Below are positions 11,043 to 21,884 of a stretch of 64,000 nucleotides of DNA, in pieces. The position numbers and the translations under genes were made by a program. The DNA comes from Convolutriloba macropyga (taxonomy: Eukaryota). The notes under the pieces were generated by a model that worked only from the letters and a program-made list of their open reading frames with translations, searched no databases and was not told the DNA's origin. Position 1 is the first letter of the stretch; every line of letters begins with the position of its first letter. The stretch covers positions 38,068,001 to 38,132,000 of the forward strand of contig NC_134471.1 of assembly GCF_964194025.1 (NCBI RefSeq), in the 5' to 3' direction.

Positions 11043-13103
11043 TTAGTCTAATGTATCAATTTCAATTTCTGTCATATCTGGTACAGATTTTGCCTTTTTT
11101 GCTTTTATAACAACGATGTTTGTTTCACCGTCACACCGTTCAACTGTCCTTTTTCTTGTCAATTCCTGTTCCTTTGTACGTTGTTTTAGATAATGAAAAT
11201 AACCTAGTTCCCCCATTGGGTTAATGGGTTGCAGTGCAATTACAGGATTGGTGCCACTGCGTAGCATATCGATTGAAAAAAACACGCGTACCAAACAAAA
11301 TATGATTTTAGATCCAAAAAAAATAGTCATTAAACTGATGGTTATTTCCCTGGCCACATGCCAGATTTGTTTCATTTCATTACCCAAATATTCAAAAATC
11401 AGCAATTCATGCCACTGATTATTGTAATTTAAATCCGTGTTGAAATACTCTAGAGTCTCATGCTCATATAAACCTCCTTGTCCCAGGAAAACTTCTCTTC
11501 CTGTTATCGTCTTTCTCGAATGCCTTAACCTTTGGGCCCTTTTGCTAAGTTCCAGGTCCTTGTCATTGAAAAACCCTTCCATTGGCGCCGAAGTTGACCA
11601 ATTGACGTTAACTCTATAATTAGGCATAACATTGGGTTTTTCAATTAATTGTATCCTTCGCCCATATGTTATCCATGACCCATTCTGCAATTCAAGAGCG
11701 TTCGGGTACATGGGGTTGCAATTAATCAGTGTGAAATTTCTATAGAATACTCTAGAAATGGGGTCCATGTATCTAATTACTTCTGAAGTGTTGTCAGAAA
11801 ACACCCTAACTGGTACTTCCTCCGTACAAAACTGATTTTCGACAACATGTACGATTACTTTAGCGCACCTATGGACATATAGTATTCCTCCCGATCTTTC
11901 TGCGTGTGTACCCAGAGCGTTTTGTTGACTTAAGAAAATTTGGTGTGAATTTCCGTTAATTGATGTCGTTAGAATCATAGCTCTGTGCAGTTTTTCTATG
12001 TGACAATTTAATAACTCTATTTCTTTCAGGTTTTCAAACATGCCTCGAAAATCCCACACAAAAAGTTGATCGAGTTTTATGTCCCTGAGATCTGTCTCAG
12101 ATATATCTGTTGTTGAAAAATTTTGTTCTGTGGCCGTCAACTTTTCCGTTGTATAAAACAAATTTCTGTGGTTTGTTTCAAAAAGCAGAAAACTGTCTAT
12201 TTGTTTTGTCTTGTTTTTCAACTGGACAACTAAATTTCTTTTTCTGTCTAATTTGCTCGTCAAGTACTTTTTGTTTCCAGCGTGGACTAGTTTTGCTGTT
12301 ATCGAGTCTGAAAATTTAACGATCGTTAAGATGTTTGGTTTTTTGTCTTGGTCGAACAGATATTGTACTGAATCTATTTCAAATGTGTCTCCTTGATATA
12401 ACAAGGTCTGCTCCTGTTTCAAAGGGTCTTTAAAATATAACCATGTTCCTTCATTTGTTTCCCTAGTTTCAATGAACAAAGTCCCCATGAAAATTTCTGC
12501 ATTTATCATGATGTTACCTTTCTGTGTTTCGCCTTTTGGATTGATCCAATCCACGGGGTAGACATAATTCACTCCTTTCTCATTTCCGCCTTTCATGAAA
12601 GTTTTTGATATCTTCTGAACAAATTCAGCGTCGGTTCGGTCAATATTCATCTCGTTGAGGACTTCTTTGGGAGCATTGAATTCAAAATCACCAAGACCCG
12701 GTAACCGCGTTTTGTGTCCCTGCCATAGATTTTGACAGACTGACTCTTTTATTGGGTAAAACGTTGGAATTATTTGTGATTTTTCGTTTAAGTAAGTTGC
12801 GTCGTCATACCAACTACTTTTTTTCAGCACAGTTACCGTATATGCAGCCCTGTACATGCAGTATTTTAGTTTACTCATGCTGCTTTTGGCGTAGATCAGT
12901 CCTCCTTTGTTTACCTGCTCCTCATTTATATGTGAAGTTTCACATTTTGTAGGTTCCGTCATTGCAAATTTCTGCGTCTGTAGAATGTTCTCAAAATCAT
13001 ACCCCACAATCTCCAAGGATTGTGAAAAACCTAATATGCTAACCAACTGAAGAAGTTTCCAGTTCAGCTGCACGATCCAATGTGGGTTCCACGCACTCTG
13101 CAT
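11043..13103 (-). CDS. env: Envelope glycoprotein of element X, class III fusogen-like (chuvirus G / herpes gB-like), 686 aa
   Basis: Sits after pol. Signal peptide (LLQLVSILGFSQS), then VGYDF, conserved-type Cys spacing, and C..EK...G..AERSGGILYVHRC..V.V....CTEEVPV...YMDPISRV......C...YP. N-glycosylation sequons (NFS, NTS, NFT, NGS, NWS), C-terminal hydrophobic TM segment and basic tail. Confidence 0.85.
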   Translation of the reverse strand: MQSAWNPHWIVQLNWKLLQLVSILGFSQSLEIVGYDFENILQTQKFAMTEPTKCETSHINEEQVNKGGLIYAKSSMSKLKYCMYRAAYTVTVLKKSSWYDDATYLNEKSQIIPTFYPIKESVCQNLWQGHKTRLPGLGDFEFNAPKEVLNEMNIDRTDAEFVQKISKTFMKGGNEKGVNYVYPVDWINPKGETQKGNIMINAEIFMGTLFIETRETNEGTWLYFKDPLKQEQTLLYQGDTFEIDSVQYLFDQDKKPNILTIVKFSDSITAKLVHAGNKKYLTSKLDRKRNLVVQLKNKTKQIDSFLLFETNHRNLFYTTEKLTATEQNFSTTDISETDLRDIKLDQLFVWDFRGMFENLKEIELLNCHIEKLHRAMILTTSINGNSHQIFLSQQNALGTHAERSGGILYVHRCAKVIVHVVENQFCTEEVPVRVFSDNTSEVIRYMDPISRVFYRNFTLINCNPMYPNALELQNGSWITYGRRIQLIEKPNVMPNYRVNVNWSTSAPMEGFFNDKDLELSKRAQRLRHSRKTITGREVFLGQGGLYEHETLEYFNTDLNYNNQWHELLIFEYLGNEMKQIWHVAREITISLMTIFFGSKIIFCLVRVFFSIDMLRSGTNPVIALQPINPMGELGYFHYLKQRTKEQELTRKRTVERCDGETNIVVIKAKKAKSVPDMTEIEIDTLD

Positions 13104-13119
13104 TTTGTCGTATCACCTT

Positions 13120-16100
13120 TTAAAAAAATACATCATTATCAAATTTTTCATCTGAATCGTTATCCTTGAATAAAAAATAGTCTTTCAGTTTCCGTGGTCT
13201 TGTTATTCCCGACGCACTTCTTGTCTGATATCGTCGTTCGGTGACATTTTGCGAAGTAGAAGCCGTGCTCCTATTTGGAAATTCTTCGCCTTCACTCCTC
13301 TCGGATGTTGACACCAGACTATCCCGCTTCTGCTGTGTGGCTACTTTGGGCGCAGGTATCTTGGTGCTTCTGCTCTTATTGTTGGTGTTAGTATTTATTG
13401 ATTCTCTTGTACTCCCACCCATAGGTGTTTGAAACGATTCGTCTTTGACTGTCTCATTATGAGTTTCAGTATTAGGATTAATTTGACTAATATTTCCTTC
13501 AGGTTGAAATTCTCTTCTTTCTGTGTCATTCTGTTTTGGGGTCACCACTTCAATTTCCACAAAATCATTGTCCTCCGTAAGGTCGTTTTGTGTTATTTTC
13601 GGTTCAATCTTTCCCTTCTTAGGTTCTTTTTTATCGGTGGTAGCACTTCTACTGTTAAAACGTTTGAGTCGATCGTAGTGGACCTTCTGTTGTTTTTTTG
13701 TTTTCACATCCTCAATAACAAAGTTCAGATCGTTTATTATTTCACGTATTACCTGCGGTCCGCTGTAAAAGGATTTAAATTTCTTTGTCTGGCCAGTTTT
13801 TATTGTGGGGTTGAACACCATTACTAAATCACCTACTTCATATTGTGGTCCAAATGTGCTACGGTCATAGTAGGTTTTTTGTCTTTGTTGCTCCACATCC
13901 ATGCTTTCCCGTACCAGCTCATGGCACGTTTGTAGTTCATCTTTCAAGCAACCAACATAATCACTCAAAGTTGGGTAGATTTTGGTTTGTATTGTTTGAT
14001 ACATGCAATCAATCGGCAGCGCGCATGATCGTCCAAAAAGGAGGTAAAAGGGGCTGTACTTCGTAACAGAGTGAATTGATGATCTGTACGCCATCATTAC
14101 TAGCGGAAGGTAGTCGCTCCAGGTGTTGTGATGTTCACCCACGTATTTTGCAAGACTCTCTTCGATTGTGCGATTGGTGCGCTCTATCATTGCGTTTCCT
14201 TGAGGGTGATAAGCTGTTGTTGAAGTCCTGTTAATTCCCAGCTCTTTACACATGTTCTTGAAAAGATTCGACATAAAATTACTGCCCTTGTCGCTATGAA
14301 GATTTGCCGGACAACCAAACCTTGAAACCCATACATTTACAAAGGCCTTAGCGACCGTTGAAGCTTCTTGGTTGCTCATGGGAACTGCTTCATACCATTT
14401 TGTAAATTGATCTCCAATTAACAGAATGTATTTGTTTCCGCTGGACTCGGGTAAAGGTCCCATAATGTCTAAGGCAACTTGCCAGAACGGATGACTTGGT
14501 TTCCACGTTGTCAGACTGTGTATGTGTTTCTGGTGTGGAGATTTCTTTTGACAGCATTCTTCGCAAGAACTTACCCACTCATGGACATCTTTTTTCATCC
14601 CGGGCCAGTAGAATCGTTCTCGAACCCGATCAAATGTCTTGGCCATACCAAAGTGTCCGCAATGTTCATGAAGGAAAGGTAGAATTTCTTTTAGAAGTGA
14701 TCTCTGAATGACTATTTGTGTTAAGTTATTAATTTCGTCAATATGTTTCTGTCTCTTGATAAGATCATTTTCAATCCGTAAGTTTCTGAAATCAGTCCAA
14801 AGTTTCCACAGTGCCCTAGAGGCTCCTGCCATGTGTTTTCTTTGAGGGCGTTTCACGTTCTCAATCCAGTTTCTCAGTATAATGAGGTCGGCTGCATTTT
14901 TCTGATGTTCAACTAGTTGTTCAACAGATTTCCCTAGTCCAATGGACCAGATATTTTTTTCTTCCGTATTTATTTGGTTCACTTGATTGCAGTCTTTGAC
15001 TTGGTCTTCAGTCTGTGGAACTCTCGACAGACAGTCCGCGTGAGGGATCTTTTTTCCCGCTTCGTGTTTGATTTCAAAGTCAAACTGTCCGAGCTTTTCT
15101 ATCCACCGGGCCAATAATCCGTCTGGTTCCTTAAAACTATATAACCACGTGAGGGCCCTATGGTCAGTAACAATTAAAAATTTTTGTCCAAGAAGATAAT
15201 TTCTGAAGTGTTGAGTAAAATAAACTATTGCAAAAAGTTCTCGTTTTGTCGCAGAATAGTTTCGTTGACTTTTGCTGAGCGTTTTGCTAGCGTATGCAAT
15301 AACTCTTTCACCCCATTGTTGTCTTTGGGAAATAATTGCGCCAATTCCAAACAAAGAGGCGTCGGTGGTTAACGTATAGGGATCCGTGTCATTCGGATAA
15401 CCCAAAATCGGTGCTTTCTGTAAAGCTTGTTTTAGTTGTTCAACTGCTGATTCGCATTCCTTGCTCCAAGTAAAACGTTCTTTTTTGTTTAATAGCTTAT
15501 AAAGCGGCTCTGCTATTTTTCCGAAATCTTGTATGAATCTTCTGTAAAAACCTACTAGTCCTAATATAGCTCTCAATTCTTTTATTGTTCGTGGGCTTTT
15601 CATTTTACTGACTGCCGCTACTTTCTCCGGATCCACTTCTACGCCTTTATTTGATACAATGTGTCCCAGGAAATGAATTTTTTCCTGAAAAAACCTGCAT
15701 TTTGAGCCTTTTATTTTCAATCCAGCATCTTTAAGTCGCCCAAGTACGAGATCTAGGCGGTTGAGATGCTCCTCAAAGGATCTACCGAAGATGATTATGT
15801 CATCCAGGTATACTAGAGCCACTTCATAGGAGAGTCCCGACATGATCAATTCCATTAAATTTTGAAAAGCTCCTGGCGCTGACGCCAAACCCATGGGTAG
15901 TCTCTTCCATTTGTAGAGTCCCATTGGAGTTACAAAGGCTGTCACGTTCTGTGACTCTTCATCAAGTGCCATTTGAAAATATCCCGATGTCAAATCGATA
16001 TTGGAAAAGTAACAATTTCCATCTAGAGAATCAATAACGTCATTTATTCTTGGTAGCGGCCAACTGGTTTTCTCGATTTGTTTATTCAAACCTCTGTAAT

Positions 16101-17712
16101 CTACAACTAGTCTGTAGCTACCATCTTTCTTCTTCACCAATATTGATGGTGCTGCCCAATACGAATGGGTTGGTTCAATTAATTTTGCATCCTCTAGATC
16201 TTCGACAATTTTTTTCATTGCTTTTCTTTTGTCAAAACTCATACTGCAATAACTTCTTCTGAACGGCTGTGCATCTTTGTTGAGTTTAATCTGGTGTTTA
16301 ATTTTGTCACAATATCCTAAGTCATTTGAGTTTCGTGAGAAGACTTGTTGATGTCTCGTGAACAATTCCTGTACTTTCTCTTTCTGCTGGTCATTTAGTT
16401 TAGAACCTTCCAAGTTTGCGTGTTTTCCCTTTTGAAAAGTTTCTAATGTTTTTGGCTTATTTTGATTTGTGAAAATTCCATTCACAACTAAGTTCTGTTT
16501 GTTTTCAAAGTAAGTTCCCACTTTAGTGCTTTTATACACGGTTACTGGTGCGTCCGTTAGATTTAACACTTTTATCAAACTCCAACCATCTTCCATTGAT
16601 ATCATACAGGCGGCTAAAAGCAAACCAGTCTTTAGTTCAAAATCTCCAATTGCTTCCACTAATCCTTCCACTCCCGGAATTTCTTCTCCGTTTTCATCAG
16701 CTAATCTAATTTTCATTAGATTTTCGTTTTTACTCTGTATATAAGTGTTTTGTCCCGCAATTGCAAAAACTTGAACACCTTGCGTTTTCTCTGTGGTGAG
16801 CGGTATTGAAACTTTAAAGTGACTGCTATATAGTTTCTCTTCGTGTAAGTTCAATACGCATTTATTGGTTTTCAGGAAATCAATTCCCAGTAGACATTCT
16901 ATACCTTCGTCTGCCGTTATCACAAACTCTTGTTCGACCTCCGGTAGTCTGGGTTGCATCTGTACCAAAAGCGTTACTCTGCCTATTATTTTGACAGCTG
17001 AGTTATTGGCTGTTAACACTCGTTTTGTGTATGTTTGTACAATTCCCGGTTTTCCCAGTTTTTCGTATGTGGACCAGCTCAAAAGCGATATACTACTTCC
17101 ACTGTCTATTAATCCAACGCATCTGTTCCCATGAAGTATGATTTCTGCGTTTAGACATTTAATTGTGTTTGTCGAACAAACTCTAATGACATTGCAGTTC
17201 TCGGTGGTTTTCTTTTTAAAAGGGCAGTTTCTTTTCAAGTGTTGGGAACTTCCACATAGGAAACAATTTCGACAATTCCTCGAAAGGTGTCCTTCTTGTC
17301 CACAAGCTCTACACTTGAAACCCTGCCTGTCGTTCCTCCTAGACGGTTCCTCTCTTCCAAAAGATCTGTCTCGGTGACTAGGTCCTGGCGTTGGAAATCG
17401 CCGCCGATCGTTAAACCCACGATCTTGTTGCTGTCCTCTGTCACGTCTGTCGTCACCCCAGCGTCCCCGGGAACCACTTCGCTCCCTAGATTGGTTTCGA
17501 CGGTTTTCTCGCTGTTTGTCATCTACTGACAATTGGTTCACAAGCTTGGTGACGGCCTCCACTAAATCTTTTGTTTCATCTCGTCTAATTACCGCAACTT
17601 TTGGTGTTTGCTCTTCCTCCTCTATTCTTGTTACAGCTTCCAGATGCAATGCTCTTTCCAAAACTGTTTCAATTTTCATATCAGTCCTATCAATGGAATT
17701 ACGCAGTTGCAA
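13120..17712 (-). CDS. pol: Gag(C-terminal part/NC)-Pol polyprotein of element X: two CCHC knuckles, aspartic protease, RT, RNase H, integrase; gag capsid N-terminus missing
   Basis: CRACGQEGHLSRNC and CFLCGSSQHLKRNC; LIDSGSS; RLVVDYRGLN, DLTSGYFQ, MGLASAP, YLDD; TDAS..G, TDH; H..GH...C..C, LDIMGP, SDKGSNF, ERTNRT; GP-type C-terminal module. The frame is open for 1530 aa but begins right after a TGA with TTG (first ATG at about 17679). Confidence 0.95.
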   Translation of the reverse strand: MQLRNSIDRTDMKIETVLERALHLEAVTRIEEEEQTPKVAVIRRDETKDLVEAVTKLVNQLSVDDKQRENRRNQSRERSGSRGRWGDDRRDRGQQQDRGFNDRRRFPTPGPSHRDRSFGREEPSRRNDRQGFKCRACGQEGHLSRNCRNCFLCGSSQHLKRNCPFKKKTTENCNVIRVCSTNTIKCLNAEIILHGNRCVGLIDSGSSISLLSWSTYEKLGKPGIVQTYTKRVLTANNSAVKIIGRVTLLVQMQPRLPEVEQEFVITADEGIECLLGIDFLKTNKCVLNLHEEKLYSSHFKVSIPLTTEKTQGVQVFAIAGQNTYIQSKNENLMKIRLADENGEEIPGVEGLVEAIGDFELKTGLLLAACMISMEDGWSLIKVLNLTDAPVTVYKSTKVGTYFENKQNLVVNGIFTNQNKPKTLETFQKGKHANLEGSKLNDQQKEKVQELFTRHQQVFSRNSNDLGYCDKIKHQIKLNKDAQPFRRSYCSMSFDKRKAMKKIVEDLEDAKLIEPTHSYWAAPSILVKKKDGSYRLVVDYRGLNKQIEKTSWPLPRINDVIDSLDGNCYFSNIDLTSGYFQMALDEESQNVTAFVTPMGLYKWKRLPMGLASAPGAFQNLMELIMSGLSYEVALVYLDDIIIFGRSFEEHLNRLDLVLGRLKDAGLKIKGSKCRFFQEKIHFLGHIVSNKGVEVDPEKVAAVSKMKSPRTIKELRAILGLVGFYRRFIQDFGKIAEPLYKLLNKKERFTWSKECESAVEQLKQALQKAPILGYPNDTDPYTLTTDASLFGIGAIISQRQQWGERVIAYASKTLSKSQRNYSATKRELFAIVYFTQHFRNYLLGQKFLIVTDHRALTWLYSFKEPDGLLARWIEKLGQFDFEIKHEAGKKIPHADCLSRVPQTEDQVKDCNQVNQINTEEKNIWSIGLGKSVEQLVEHQKNAADLIILRNWIENVKRPQRKHMAGASRALWKLWTDFRNLRIENDLIKRQKHIDEINNLTQIVIQRSLLKEILPFLHEHCGHFGMAKTFDRVRERFYWPGMKKDVHEWVSSCEECCQKKSPHQKHIHSLTTWKPSHPFWQVALDIMGPLPESSGNKYILLIGDQFTKWYEAVPMSNQEASTVAKAFVNVWVSRFGCPANLHSDKGSNFMSNLFKNMCKELGINRTSTTAYHPQGNAMIERTNRTIEESLAKYVGEHHNTWSDYLPLVMMAYRSSIHSVTKYSPFYLLFGRSCALPIDCMYQTIQTKIYPTLSDYVGCLKDELQTCHELVRESMDVEQQRQKTYYDRSTFGPQYEVGDLVMVFNPTIKTGQTKKFKSFYSGPQVIREIINDLNFVIEDVKTKKQQKVHYDRLKRFNSRSATTDKKEPKKGKIEPKITQNDLTEDNDFVEIEVVTPKQNDTERREFQPEGNISQINPNTETHNETVKDESFQTPMGGSTRESINTNTNNKSRSTKIPAPKVATQQKRDSLVSTSERSEGEEFPNRSTASTSQNVTERRYQTRSASGITRPRKLKDYFLFKDNDSDEKFDNDVFF

Positions 17713-18085
17713 TCAGTTTCAATTACAAACGACAAAAACAAGAAAGAACTCTTTATTTCTACTCACTTGGTATGATGCGGTCTTTCCTCACAGAGAAGTT
17801 TCTGTCTCCACCAACGAGTAAAAGATAGCACCACGCGAGTAAATTCCCACTTGCTTTCCTGCGACTGATGTCCTGTGACTGATGTCCCCTGCTGTGGCTT
17901 CTGCAATTGACTCCCACACAAATTGGTGGAAATGGGTGGTAATTGAAAGATTTGATATCCCAAATCTTTGTGTTAGTATCGAGAAAAATTCGATTCTCGG
18001 AGTTTTTGGGGTTAAAGTGCTTTTTATTTGCGTCTCCCTACCGACAAATTTGTTAAAGATTTTAAAATGTTAACTTTCCTTTAAA

Positions 18086-18097
18086 TCTCTGTCGCCA
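18086..18097 (-). promoter_or_regulatory. Primer-binding site of element X (TGGCGACAGAGA; tRNA-Arg/Ser-like)
   Basis: ...ATTACA|C|TGGCGACAGAG directly after the 5' LTR. tRNA identity inferred only from TGGCGAC. Confidence 0.8.
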
Positions 18098-18098
18098 G

Positions 18099-18715
18099 TG
18101 TAATATACGTGCACTGTCAACGGTTACGGTTTGGTTTGGATGTTATTCCTAAGCACTTTAAACCTCGGAGTTACTGAGGAAAATTTTCCAAGTTTCAGAC
18201 TTGAATTTAATGGAGCAAATGTAAAAGTTCAATCAGTTTAATACAAAATTAGATCAATTGCTTGTAAATATTAGAAGGTTTGTGAAGATGAGAGATGTAA
18301 AGCAATTAAAGAGAGGCAGCTCGATTGTGTAAGGTTTAGGTTTGAATATGTTCTTTGGTTTTCAGTCCTATCAATGGTTAATTAATCTTAGGTTATTTTT
18401 ACCCATTTTCGTTAATCTCCGTGGGATTTTCTCATAGTTATTTTCTACCGCATGGGTCCCTGTTAGTTAAACTAACAGATAACAGGTTTACCTGCTTGAC
18501 GAATCCCGTCATGAACAAACATTCCTTGACATGTCCCGTCAAGATTAAATTATATGATGATTCCCATCATTATTTATGATGCTTTCTCTATATTGTTAAA
18601 ATCCGGTTTACTATTAGTAACCATCTCTTTTTGTTCTGCTTTTTGTTTATGAAAATTTCGAATTACGCGCTTAATATGTAATTTATGAGCATGTCATACA
18701 TTATGGTTCACTATA
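18099..18715 (-). repeat. 5' LTR of element X (617 bp)
   Basis: Direct repeat of 9507-10123, followed by the PBS. Confidence 0.97.
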
Positions 18716-21264
18716 GTATGCAACCAATATTACAACCATTATATAACCTCCTACACAAAGAAAACGATTTCAAATGGACGAAAGAACATCAACAAATTTT
18801 TGAACAAATGAAAAGAACCATAACACACCAATTAGAACTAACAATGCCAGATACTACAAAACCACTCCATATTATCAAAGATGCATCAAACACAGGGATC
18901 AGAGCGGCATTACTACAAAAATATCCAACTGAAAGAAAAATGAAATTAGTATCAGCAAATTCCAGAATATTCACACCTATCGAAATGCGACTATCAACAT
19001 TAATCAGAGAATGCTCAGCAATAATTTTTGCTCTAACAGTATGAATTTTTACTAACCGTTTCAAACCACCCAATAGTATTATTCACAGATCATAAAACCA
19101 TCATTTATCTATTTACTCAAAAGAACAAACCAAATCATAGAGTTTATAGATTCCAATTAATATTAATGAAATTCCCAAATTTACACATAATTTGGACAGA
19201 AGGAAAGAACCTAGCCCTCCCTGACCTTCTAAGCAGAACAATAGACGAAGAACATTTCACAAAAACACTAGATATAACTGTAGAAAGACCAGAAAACATA
19301 AAATTTTTCCTCGCAAAAACACCATTTACAAGCAATCTAGAATGCAAATACAGCACATGCAACAATACCAATGACAAAAATACAGAAAAAACACATTACC
19401 CAGTATTAACCAACATACATAATAACTATTTCGAAATAAATATCGATAAAAATGAATATCACACAATCTCATACGAGAAGTATAATACAGAAACAAAAAC
19501 AAATCTAATACCAAAATATAAACCCAAAACAAAAAACTGGCAATCGCCAATTGTAGAAAAAGATGACCTAATCATTGAGAAAAATCAAAAAGGACCGTAC
19601 ACAACACCTCAGATTGATAAATAACATAAAAACAAAACAAAAAACAAATTACGAAAATGTAAGAATTTCAGACATTTTCTATGATAACAAAAATAACTGA
19701 AAGCTTAATCAAAGAGACCCAAATCTTAGATCCGGTACTTCAAAAAGTGAAAATGTGGAAGAAACATAACAATAAACCATACTCAGTAACAATGGAAATA
19801 CGTGGAAACAAAGGAATATTTGCATATTTTCGCAAATTCAAATCCATCATAATTGATGACAACTCCGGTATCATAAAAATTGTAATCAGCATTCACAAAA
19901 AATCAATACAAAGAATCTGTCTGCCATTAACACTATTACTATGTACTTTTTATAACAACCATTGCATCAACCTAGTAGGTCACACAGGCCTTGAAAAAAC
20001 AAAAAGAATTATAATGGACAAATATTATTTCCCAAATCTTACAATTTGGATAAAAATACTGATAGCGGATTGCATACAATGCCAAACAAACAAAGTATTT
20101 GCTAACACAAAAACAAAAAGTAAGCAAGAACAGCTTGCACCAACAAAAAAATATATCAACGAATTGATAATGATTGACACAAAAGGACCTATTCACCCAA
20201 AATCTGAAGGAAACAACTACATTTTTGTCATAGTGGACGCATTTTCACATTAAGTAACGATAATGTGTGCGCCGAAAAATAATGCACATTATGCATATAC
20301 AGCACTATTCGAACATTGGTTTATGAAATTCGGACTACCCCAAGAATTTAGATCAGATAACGGATCGGAATACATTAACACTGAGTTAACACATTTATGT
20401 AACTACTTTGAAATTAAATTTAAACCAAGTACAACATATGCACCCTGTACGAACGGTCTAGTAGAATGAACAAACAGAATAATTGGACAATTCATAAGAA
20501 CACTACTAGATGAAAAGTATCATAATTGGTCACGGAAAGCAAAATTCTTCCCATATGCATACAGCACAGAATACCAAACACAACTAGGCATGTCACCATG
20601 TGAAGTTGTTTCCAACCAAAAGCCAAGGAAACCTACAAAAATAAAACTTGGAACAACTAAAGATGAAATGGGAAATTGTAATTCAACAGAGAAAAGTGCA
20701 TCTAACACGCAGCCAGGACATACTCATCTAGAAAAACAATTTAATCATCCAAAAATTGCAGAATTACAAAAAGGAATATTTGTCAAATGGTTCCCTGATA
20801 AAGAAAAATATTATAATGACACATATCAAACAATAGCAAAAATCCTACAGAACAGAAAAAAACTAACAGATGAAATGAATCTAAGATTCAGAACGGCAAA
20901 ACCGCTTGAGAAGAATACTTTTGTATTAGTGTCAAATCAACAACAAATTGACGGAGTATCCAAAAAAACTGTTACCCCTGTAAACAGGACCATATCTAAT
21001 CATAGATAAACCTACAGAAACAACATACATATTAAAGGATAACAATAAAGAACAGATTACAATCCACAGAAATCACATTGTACCATATTATCCAAAAGAA
21101 AAACATATTAAATAGAATTACAAAACTACCTACTCACAAATGAAATCCCAACATTAAAACAACCAAATATAACAACTACAACTAAATTAAACATAAAACA
21201 AACTGACAACGAACATACACATCAATACAATCTTCGCAAAAGGAAGATATCACTACAAAATTAA
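18716..21264 (+). pseudogene. pol: Y pol remnant: RT connection, RNase H, integrase
   Basis: LQPLYNLL..FKWT, DASNTG, SANSR..REC.AI.FAL, TDHK, EGKNLALPDLLSR, H..VGHTG..C..C, IDTKGP, VDAFSH, SDNGSEY, NGLVE, GPY and YNLR. Several stops and frameshifts. Begins abruptly at the X LTR. Confidence 0.9.
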
Positions 21265-21884
21265 TCAAGCATTAACCCTAATAATACTAATCATAATATT
21301 ATTAATAATAATAACACTATTTTATATTTTCTTTCTAAATGCTAATAGTATTAGATTATTCAACATATTGTACTATTCAAGATTATATCAGATATTATAC
21401 TCTGAAATTCTTCTGATTCTACTGCCTATCTATTATACATCTTACTAATTTTTTAACGTACAATCAATACTTCTACTACTTTCAGCATATTAAGTATCTA
21501 AACTAGTCTCTTTACTAGTCTGAAACAATTCAGTTTTCTACTGCTTTCGAAATATTACACATTGCTCTTATAAAGATTTCTAATAGCACACCCTAACCCG
21601 AACCTTGTGTGGATACTACCGAAAACATTAAAACACAAAATCTATATTAACAAATGAAACATCAATATTATGAATATGACTGAAAGTAAAATGAGTAAAA
21701 AAAACTAAAAGGTGTTAACATTCACCTAACCTCTAAATCATATAAGCAAATATCCATTAATTAAACACAAAATTATGAATAGACATAAAAGTCACTAGAC
21801 ATTATTATACATCAGTGTTCAATAAATACCCTTGGAAACAGACAAAATTTGATACATACCACCTTAAGTTTTAACACCTTCTAG

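Larger units (their letters stand above)
9507..18715 (-). mobile_element. Element X: young env-bearing Ty3/Gypsy LTR retroelement (LTR-PBS-gag/pol-env-ORF4-PPT-LTR), 9.2 kb
   Basis: Paired LTRs, PBS and PPT. PR-RT-RH-IN order with YLDD and a GPY/F-type integrase tail. Three long intact ORFs. Confidence 0.97.

Noticed and set aside
13120-17712. Full-length autonomous gag-pol starting at 17712
   Set aside because: The ORF-track start is TTG directly after a stop, and the homologous element at 62 kb shows gag extends further upstream.
13241-17828. Numerous short plus-strand ORFs antisense to X pol
   Set aside because: Short shadow frames of the long minus-strand ORF with no motifs.
18685-19044. 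LTR-initiated ORF MSMSYIMVHYS fused to Y RNase H as a new chimeric gene
   Set aside because: Chance in-frame junction of the antisense X LTR with broken Y pol; it terminates after 119 aa.
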